From the NCBI GenBank assembly GCA_037441775.1, contig JBBIRO010000013.1, positions 1 through 60,692 of the forward strand: DNA of 60,692 nucleotides, read 5' to 3'. Every line of letters begins with the position of its first letter. Position 1 is the first letter of the stretch. Origin of the DNA: Syntrophobacterales bacterium. Its GTDB lineage: Bacteria > Desulfobacterota > Syntrophia > Syntrophales > CAMTWB01. The notes beneath the pieces are model-generated. The model was given only the letters and a program-made list of their open reading frames with translations, had not been told where the DNA came from and did no database searches. The translations under genes were made by a program, and so were the position numbers. Below, in pieces: positions 50,230 to 58,900 of this stretch.

Positions 50230-50843
50230 CGAACTTCAAGCGAGAGGGGCTTTTGCCTTTTTACATGCTAAGCCGGCAATTGTGCGGCAGTGTGAAATTT
50301 TCACTACGAAGGTCTAAACAGCAATGTTTATTGCCACAGTTGCCCGTTTGCGGCACTTGACGTTGGTTAATGACCGTAAAAAAAACTTGACATTAATTAT
50401 TTTTCTTGAGATTGCGTAATAACAAAAGCGGCGATTTTCCGTGTCGGTTTTCAACAGGAACAGCAGTTATTGAAAACTGCATGTTTAGATGGACGCGCGC
50501 CAAGCGGCGAGCAGCGGCAAAAAACATGTGTAAATCCGTTGAAAAAGACCAGAGCGGTTGCATCGAGCCAACTCAGGCGCGTGGCCTGTGCGTCAAACAC
50601 ATAACGAGTCCAGTTGTATTCCCAGGGTCTTTTACATTAACTTACTCTTTGATAACTTCGAAAAAGTCCGATTTACCCTCCCCGGGTGATGGGGATAAAG
50701 GTAATAATTGGTGTTTGGCAGCCAGGATTTGGAACCCCTTACATTGCGCGGGGCGATAAAGAGGGCGGTGGATATGAATATCCATATATCGACGATTATC
50801 AGCATCGCCAGACGCTTCTCTCCTCAAGGGAGAGGGATCTTTT

Positions 50844-50859
50844 GACTTTTTAAGAAGTT
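50844..50859 (+). repeat. copy of the dispersed motif (GACTTTTTAAGAAGTT)
   Basis: It lies 38 nt upstream of the tpsB start and is preceded by the hairpin CTCTCC-tcaag-GGAGAG. It overlaps a TTGACT -35-like hexamer. Confidence 0.5.
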
Positions 50860-50897
50860 GTCCGAGTTAACAGTCAATCTATCTATACAAGGAGGTC

Positions 50898-52637
50898 GTG
50901 GTGAAAAATCCCATTTTAAAGACAATGGCGCTGGCCCAGATTTTTCTATTTGCTGTTTTTATTCAGGTAGCCTGGTCCCAAGCCATTCCCCAGCAGGGGA
51001 AACCAGGCGCGGTGGAAAGGTCTCTCCAGCAGCGACCAGTCCAGGAGCCGACCAGACTTCCGGAGATCGTGATACAGGAGGACGGCACTCCCCGGCTGGG
51101 TGACGGCAAGGTGAGGTTCCAACTGAAGGAACTGATCTTTGATGACAACTTGATATTTTCAGTGGAGAAACTGCGCGCCGTGGTGGCTGAGCACATCGGC
51201 AAGACGATCGAGGTTGGGAAGCTGGCCGAGATTGCCGATGCCGTCACCATGCATTATAGAAGGGAAGGATACTTCCTGACCCGCGCCTATATCCCCCCGC
51301 AGACGATCAAGGACGGAAGGGTTCAGATTAAGGTTCGGGAGGGTCGCCTGGGAGATATCATTATCAAGGGCAATGAGCGTTACAGCCGAGACCTGATTCG
51401 CAACACCCTCAAGATCATCCGCGGCGAGGGGGCGGTGCGCACCGCCGACGTAGAGCGCGCCCTCCTGCTTTTGATGGATGTTCCCGGTCTTAAGGTCAAG
51501 GCAACGTTTAAGCCCGGCAAACTGCCCGCCACGTCCGACATTGTGATTGAAGTCACGGAAGACCGCTTCTTCGGTTTTGGAGTCGATTACAACAATTTCG
51601 GCAGCCGTTACGTTTCCCAGGATCGCTTCGGTCTATCCTTCGATCTTTTGAGCCCGATGGGTATCGGCGAAACCCTGTCCATCCGCGCAGCCACCGGCAG
51701 CGAAGGTCCGGATAGCCTGTTCTACGGTCGGGGCGAATTTTCGCTGCCCATTGGTTACAGCGGCGCCAGGATCGGCGTCAATTACTCTGCGATGCAGTAT
51801 GAGATGATCGGTGACTTAAAGGCCCTCAAAGCCGGCGGCAAGTCCGACGGCGGCGGCGTCTGGTTCAGTTATCCGATTGTTCGTGGCCGCAACTGGAGCT
51901 GGTTTTTACAGACCGGGTTTGACGCCAAAAACGTTACCCAGGAGATTAACAAGCTCGATGTCGGCCGGGACAGGACCCGCCACGCCTATCTGGGCACCAG
52001 TTTCCACTGGGTTGACGTTTTGGACGGCAGCAATGCGATCAGCGTCAAGGGTTACCAAAGCTTCGCCAAAATATTCAACGGCCTTGATCAGGGCGACAAC
52101 AAGACCATCCGGCTTAACACCGACGTGATTTACAGCAAGCTGGAGATAGACGCATCCCGGATTCAGCGATTGCCATTGGGCAGTTCTTTGCTGCTCCAGT
52201 TGAACAGCCAGTGGAGCGGTGACCGCCTGCCATCCTCCGAGCAGTTTCATTTAGGCGGAGCGGGCTCAGTGCGCGGCTATGCCCAGGGTGAAAGAGCCGC
52301 TGACAGCGGCCTTGCGGCCACCGCCGAGCTGCGGTTTCCGATTCCGGGCGTAAGCGACATCCGCTTGGGTGCGGGCGGCAAGACCATTGGCGAAACGTTT
52401 CAGCTCGCCCTCTTTTACGATTACGGCAAGGGCTGGATCTCCAATGCCAAGCTCTGGGGCGAGCAGGCGCTTGATGAGTCGCTCCTTCAGGGCGCGGGCG
52501 CAGGTATCCGGTTTACCTACTCGCCCTATCTGCGGTTTAAAGTGGATTGGGCGAAATCGGTCGGCGGCCTGGTTCCGCAGCGAAGTTCGGATATGGAAAA
52601 CGGCGTCTGGTATGTCCAGGCGGCGCTTTCCTTCTAA
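50898..52637 (+). CDS. two-partner secretion outer-membrane transporter (ShlB/FhaC/HecB family TpsB)
   Basis: 579 aa. The signal peptide ends 'VAWS|QA'. A POTRA-like N-terminal region ('IKVREGRLGDIIIKGN') precedes a beta-barrel ending in the aromatic 'YVQAALSF'. The start is GTG 50898 or GTG 50901, after an AAGGAGG RBS. Confidence 0.85.
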   Translation: MVKNPILKTMALAQIFLFAVFIQVAWSQAIPQQGKPGAVERSLQQRPVQEPTRLPEIVIQEDGTPRLGDGKVRFQLKELIFDDNLIFSVEKLRAVVAEHIGKTIEVGKLAEIADAVTMHYRREGYFLTRAYIPPQTIKDGRVQIKVREGRLGDIIIKGNERYSRDLIRNTLKIIRGEGAVRTADVERALLLLMDVPGLKVKATFKPGKLPATSDIVIEVTEDRFFGFGVDYNNFGSRYVSQDRFGLSFDLLSPMGIGETLSIRAATGSEGPDSLFYGRGEFSLPIGYSGARIGVNYSAMQYEMIGDLKALKAGGKSDGGGVWFSYPIVRGRNWSWFLQTGFDAKNVTQEINKLDVGRDRTRHAYLGTSFHWVDVLDGSNAISVKGYQSFAKIFNGLDQGDNKTIRLNTDVIYSKLEIDASRIQRLPLGSSLLLQLNSQWSGDRLPSSEQFHLGGAGSVRGYAQGERAADSGLAATAELRFPIPGVSDIRLGAGGKTIGETFQLALFYDYGKGWISNAKLWGEQALDESLLQGAGAGIRFTYSPYLRFKVDWAKSVGGLVPQRSSDMENGVWYVQAALSF

Positions 52638-52684
52638 ATATCTGGCGGCCGGCGTCACCATCTCCTCGACGGAAAGGAAGCCTT

Positions 52685-52700
52685 GAATTTTTAAGAAGTC
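52685..52700 (+). repeat. copy of the dispersed motif (GAATTTTTAAGAAGTC)
   Basis: It lies 47 nt after the tpsB stop. It is part of a ~44-nt segment similar to the one upstream of tpsB. Confidence 0.5.
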
Positions 52701-52813
52701 GTTTTGCTTGGGCATTGGAGCCACAGAATGCGACAGAAATTCCCGGCGCCGGCCACAGGGCGCGGGCCATGGCAATTTTTGGATACCGTTAGTGACGCGC
52801 TTTGTCGCGCACG

Positions 52814-52879
52814 CCGGTTTGGAAATGGTTTTCCGCCGGTTCAATCCGGTGTTTTGACCGGTTCATTCTTGTGTTTTGA
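52814..52879 (+). repeat. three tandem 22-nt direct repeats in the tpsB-tpsA spacer
   Basis: The units are CCGGTTTGGAAATGGTTTTCCG, CCGGTTCAATCCGGTGTTTTGA and CCGGTTCATTCTTGTGTTTTGA. Units 2 and 3 match at 19/22 positions. Unit 1 is weaker. Confidence 0.6.
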
Positions 52880-52966
52880 AAGGTAACATCAAGAGCTGCT
52901 TGTTACTCATAAGATAAATAAAATACTGCTTAACGTTCCATCATAGAGTACGACAGGAGGTTAGTC

Positions 52967-55900
52967 ATGGCCAGTTTAAGTAGAAAAATCAGAAGGGCGC
53001 AGTTGAGGATCGTAAGGAAGGGCAGCAAATCCTTCAGCCTGGATCGCAGCGTCAGACGCCTGCGGAACATGGGCATGGGCTTAGGCGGTGCGCTGGTCAT
53101 GCTTTCGGTGCCGCAGGTTGCGGCGGCCCAGAGCGGCTTCACCCAGGAGACGGCCGGGAACACCACGACCTTCCACCAGACGGCCGACAAGGTCTTCAAT
53201 CAGGTGCCTAGTTACAACATAGGCGTCTCCGAGCTGCACCAATACCTGCAGCCACAGCGGAGCTCCATCTTCGTCCAGCGGGTCATGGGCGGGTCCTACT
53301 CCAGCATCCTGGGGCAGTTGATCGCCAACGGCCAGGTCTGGATCATGAACCCGGGCGGCGTCCTCATCGGCTCCCAGGCCCAGATCAATACCGCCGGCTT
53401 CATGGCTTCCTCGTTGGTTATGGATAGGGACGACTTCTTTGCCGGGCGCTACAACCTCCAGAGCGCCGGGCAGGACGGCTTCGTCATCAATCAGGGCACA
53501 ATAACCGTCAATAACGGCGGATACGCCATACTGGCCGGCGGCTCCGTGGTTAACAACGGTTACATCCAGGCGAACCTGGGCCAGGTAGTTTTGGCCTCCG
53601 GTCGCCGGATGACGATGGATTTCTCCGGCGACGGCCTCATCAACTTTGCCGTGGATGAGAAGCTTGCCGCGAGAATCACCGGTCCCGACGGGGCGGAAAT
53701 GACCTCCGCCGTCCTGAATGCGGGAACGATCAGGGCTAACGGCGGCCGGGTCACCCTCACGGGCCGGGCCGCGGCGAATGTTCTTGATTACGTCGTCAAC
53801 AACACGGGCGTCATCGAAGCCAAGGGCGTCATTGAAAGAAACGGCGAGATCATCCTGACGGGCGGGGACGCAGGCGCGGTCGTCAACAGCGGCGCATTGG
53901 ATGCGTCCAGTGACGTGGCCCAGGGCGGCGCGATCCATGTCCTTGGCGACACCGTCGCGGTGACCGGCGCGATAGACGCCTCAGGCGCCACCGGCGGCGG
54001 CACGGTCCTCATCGGCGGCGATTACCAGGGGAATAATCCGGCGGTCCAGAACGCCCGGGTGGCCTATATCGGCCCCGAGGCGGTCATCAGCGCCGACGGC
54101 GGCGCGGGCGACGGCGGGAAGGTCATCGTCTGGGGCGATGAAGCGGCGGGCATCTTCGGGACAATCAGCGCTACAGGCGCGCAGGGTGGTTTTGTCGAGA
54201 CTTCCAGCGCGGGGATTCTGGAAGTGGGCGCGGCGTCTGTCCGCGCCGGGGAGTGGCTCATTGATCCGTACAATGTTACAATCACTAATAGCACAAGTAA
54301 CGGGACATATTCGGCCGGGGTTTTTACACCCAGCGGCAAGGATTCCAAAGTTGACGTGGCTTCCATCAACACATCCCTGAGCGGGGGGACATCGGTCACT
54401 ATCCAGACCCTCGGAAGCGGATCGGGAACGCAGGACGGGGACATTACCGTCAGCAAGGATATCGTGAAGAGCGGCGGCGGGACGGCCACCTTGACGCTCC
54501 TTGCCGCCGACGACATTGCCGTGAACAATCCCATTACCAGTACATCCGGCATGTTGAATGTGGAACTCCGGGCCAACTTTTACAATATTGGGGATCAGGA
54601 CAGTCGCGGCGGCGGTGATGTCAGTATTGGAAACGTGGCCATCACTACGAACGGCGGGTCTTTTTTAAGCTCAAGCACGGGCGCGGGCGGCGGAAATTTC
54701 ACGTCCAGCCCGGGCTCAAAGATCATAACCGGCGGCGGAGCCATTACCATCGACCACAGCAACAGCGGCAAGACGGTGAGTATCGGGGGCAACCTGACGG
54801 CGGGGGCGGGCAACATAGCGATTACCTCCGGGGGCGCCACCAGCATTACCGCGAGTCCCAAAGCAGTTTTTACCGCGGGCGATCTGACGATCACGGCCAC
54901 CGATATCGTGACCTTTGACAATATCGCAGACACAGGGCTTTCAGGAGTGACGGGCGCGATAACGCTGAGGCCTTCCGCGGCGGGATCAACGGTCGGCCTC
55001 GCCGGCGGGGCGGGGGCCTTCAGTCTTGACGCGAACGAGCTTTTGGTGCTGAAAAATTCGGGGGCGTCTTCCATCACCATCGGCCGCAACGACAGCACGG
55101 CATTAATGACCGTCGGCGGCAACGTTGATTTGACCGGCAGGAATGTGAGCTTCAATGCCGGTTCCTATTCCCAGGGCAATTTTGATGTGATCGCGGGGGC
55201 AGGCAACATCACCGTTGCTACCGATGAAATTGCGATAACGGCTAACACCGACAACAACGCCTTCCAGACCTCGGGCACGCTCACGCTTAGGCCATTGACG
55301 GCCTCGAAAACTATCGGCCTCGCGGGCGGCGCGGGGGACTTCAGTCTCGATGCGGCGGAAATAACCGCCATCTCAGCCGGGGCCGCTAATATCGTTATCG
55401 GCACCACCGGGGGCACCGGCGCCCTGACCCTGGGCGGCGCGGTAAATCTTGCCGGCACGAACCTCACCATCAACAGCGGACGGGTAAACGATGCTGTAAA
55501 CACGATCTCTGCGGGCACGCTGACCTTGAATCTGTCCTCCTCAACCGGCGGCAATGAAGTAAAGACCAATATCGGGACGTTGATTGCCAATACGACCTTA
55601 GGCACGACAGCGACCAACAGAGACCTGACCGTCACTGAAACAGACGCCATTATCCTCGGCAATATCAACGTGAACGACGGCGTCTTCACGCTCAATGCCG
55701 GCGGGGCGATCAGCCAGACCGGTACGATGAAGGCCGGGAAAGTGTCCTTAGGCACGACCGGCGCGATGAACTTGGGCGCCTTCGACGCCGGCGCAGGCGA
55801 TCTCACGCTCAAGGCGGATGACATCAATTTTACCGGCGGTGCAGGCTCGCTAAAGGGCACGGGCAATTTATATCTGCAGCCTTCCGCGGATAATAAGTCC

Positions 55901-58900
55901 ATTGATGTTGGCTTTAAAGGTACTGGCAACCTGGTGCTTGACGATGCCGACCTGGCCGCCCTCGCGCCAGGTTTCAGCGGCATCATCATCGGCAGCGCGG
56001 CGGGCACGCACGCCATCGTCGTGGATAGCGCCCTCTTCTCGAGCCCGGTGACGATCCAGGCCCCCTCAGGCGGGAGCATCACGATTCAGGATACCGACCC
56101 AGGCGTCGACTACGGCATCAAGAGTTCGGCCGCCGTCACCCTAATCGGCTCCGGCGCAACGACAAAGCTCTCGGCCGATATCATTACGCCGGGGGCTGCG
56201 ATCCTCATAAACGATTCGGTGCTGGTTGACGGCGTTCGCAGGCTCGATACGTCAAACGGCGCACTCGCGGCCGCCACCATCGAAATTACCAAAGGCATCG
56301 CCGGTTTCAATGCCGGCGGAACGGATACCTTAACGCTCGACGCCGCCACCGGCGCCGGGGCCGACGCCGCCGTAACCCTGGGCGGCAACGTGGCCGCCGG
56401 GGCAGTGGTAGGCGGGCAGAACCTCGAAGGCATCACCATCACCGGCTCGACGATTGGAGTTCAGAATATCGAGATTTCCGGCCCCATCGCCATTACCGGC
56501 TCGACGGTCGTCAACCTGAGCGGCGCAAGCTACAAGTCCACGGGAGATATTGGCATCAATTCCTACGGCGACCTCGTCGTCAACGGCACGGTTCGGACAA
56601 CCGGCGCGGCGAATACGATCTCTCTTGCTGCAGATTCTGAAGCCAACGGAACCGGGACATTGACCATTGGCGGTACGGCCAATGCGGTGGTTCGAAGCGA
56701 AGCGGGCGCTATCAATCTGACCGGCAGCGGCGTAACGATTGGTGCTGCTAACCAGGGCCAGATTGTCACTGCTGGCGGCGACATTACCGTTGCCTCAATT
56801 ACATCGGGCAAAACGCTTGCCGTTGGCAACGAAGCCCAGTTTGCCACCACCTTAGGCGGCAATGTTTATGTTACGGGCGCCAATTTCAGTACGGTGACCC
56901 TGGGGGCCTCGGCCACTCTGCCGCACAACATTGGTGGAAATCTTGTTATCGGCAACGGTACTGCGGTAGGCGGGGACGTCACCGTTAACGGTCAATTTGC
57001 GGGCGTCGGCGGGGCCATCACGGTAAAGGCCGACGGCGCGATCAACGTAAACAACAGTCTTTCCACCGTAAGCGGCGACATTACGCTCCGCGCGGATGCC
57101 GATGACAATGGCGCAGGAAACCTGAACATCGGTACGACTGCCGGCGCCAATATCACGATCAATTCGAGTTCCGGCGTAAAAGATATCGTTCTATATGGCG
57201 AAAACGTTAATGTTGCGACGGAGCGGAATGTGACGTTAAACGCTGGCTCAGGCAACATTACGCTCCACGCGGACATGAACGGCGGCGGTGGCGGCATCCG
57301 GATGGATGGAGTGCGCCTTACGATGGCCATGAACAATTTCTCTATTGATGCAGGAAATGCCCCGGACACCCTGTTGGTATCCGATACCGCCGCGGCCAAC
57401 ACAATTTCCGCTTCGGATCTGGCGAGCGCCACGGGTACGGTGACCCTGCGCGCCAATACCACGCTCACGGTAAGCGATAACCTCAGCCTCGGCGCCGGCA
57501 ATTTTACAGTGGGGGCGGGCACGGGCGGCACGCTTACGGCCACGCTGGCTGACGTGACGGCCGACGGCACGATTTCCATCGCGGCCAATACGATCAACCT
57601 CGCGGGCGCCACCTACACCAGCGCCAACGAAGCGCTTACATTTACCGGCCCTGTAAATCTGACGGCCGGCGCAGGAACCACGACCGTGACCAGCGGCGGC
57701 GGCAACCTGGACGACATAACCTTCACCGGCACGATTCAGGATGCGGGTAAGGACACGAAGCTGTCACTGAACGCGGGAAGCTCCGGCAATATCTACCTGC
57801 AGGGCGCGGTTGGCGGCGGCGGCAATAACATCGAGGCATTGACGGTATCGAACGCCCATACGGTCAATCTCGCCGACGTGAGTGTTGATGCGGCAATTAA
57901 TATTACTGCCGCGGGCGGCATCAATCTCAAAGGCGCAAGCTACGCCAGCACGGTCGGCGGCGCGATTACCTTCGCCGGCGCCGTGGAACTTGCCGCGGGC
58001 GCGACAACTACCGCCATTTCCACCGCGGGCGGCCTGGGCGATGACATCACATTCACGAGCACCATTCGCGACAGCGGGAAAAATACGACCCTCAGCCTTA
58101 AAGCCGGCCCGAGCGGCGCCATAGACCTGCAGGGCGCCGTAGGCGGCGGCGCAAACAACCCGGCGGCTTTGACCATTGTAAGCGCGGCCACGGCCTCCCT
58201 CAAGGATATCAGCGCAGAGGGCGCCATTGCCGTGACCGCCACGGCGATCAACCTGGCCGGTACGAACTATATCAGCAACGACGGCGACATTACTTTGATC
58301 GGCGCTGTCAATCTGACCGGTACCGGACTGGTGACCATCGGCAGCGATGGCAATAATGATGGGGTGGATGGCGCCATCACTCTGGGGGTCGTTACCGACC
58401 CCGGCGATAACTCCTCGCTCACCGTCAACGCCGACACCGCAACGGTAACGCTCGTCAACGTGGCGATTGACGGCGCATTCACCGTAACCGGCGGCGCCAT
58501 CAATCTGGGCGGCAGCTCCTACACCACGCGCCAGGGCAATATCGCCTTGAACGGCGCGGTGGATTTGATTGGTGCGGGTACAGTAACGATCAACTCCGAT
58601 TTTGATGCCGCCGGGGCAGTCGGCTCGATCAGCGTCAACGGCGCCGTGTCCGACATGGGAAACAACTCCGGACTTACCATCACGGCCAACACCAACACCG
58701 TGGGATTGGCCGATGTGGTCGTGAACAACGCCATTTCGGTGACGGGCGGCGCCATCAACCTCGGCGGCGCCGTTTACACCAGTACTAATGGCGCGATAGA
58801 CTTCAATGGCCCGGTGAACCTTTCCGCCGGGGCGGTGACCACCACGGTCACCAGCGGCGCGGCGGGGACGGCCATCACCTTCACCGGCACGGTAAATGAC

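Noticed and set aside
50406-50759. 117-aa track ORF upstream of tpsB as a real gene.
   Set aside because: It has no RBS and a non-standard start, and most of the translation is not protein-like. Only the short Cys motif from 50526 is noted as a low-confidence curiosity.
52266-52844. 192-aa minus-strand ORF spanning the tpsB 3' end and the spacer.
   Set aside because: It overlaps tpsB antisense and the repeat-containing spacer. It has no motifs and is Arg/Pro-rich, as expected for a GC-rich antisense frame.
50230-52966. A c-di-GMP (GEMM) or other known riboswitch in the leaders of tpsB or tpsA.
   Set aside because: I looked for the conserved GGCAAAC and ACGCAAAGC-type cores and found none. 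I cannot exclude other RNA classes without covariance-model scans.
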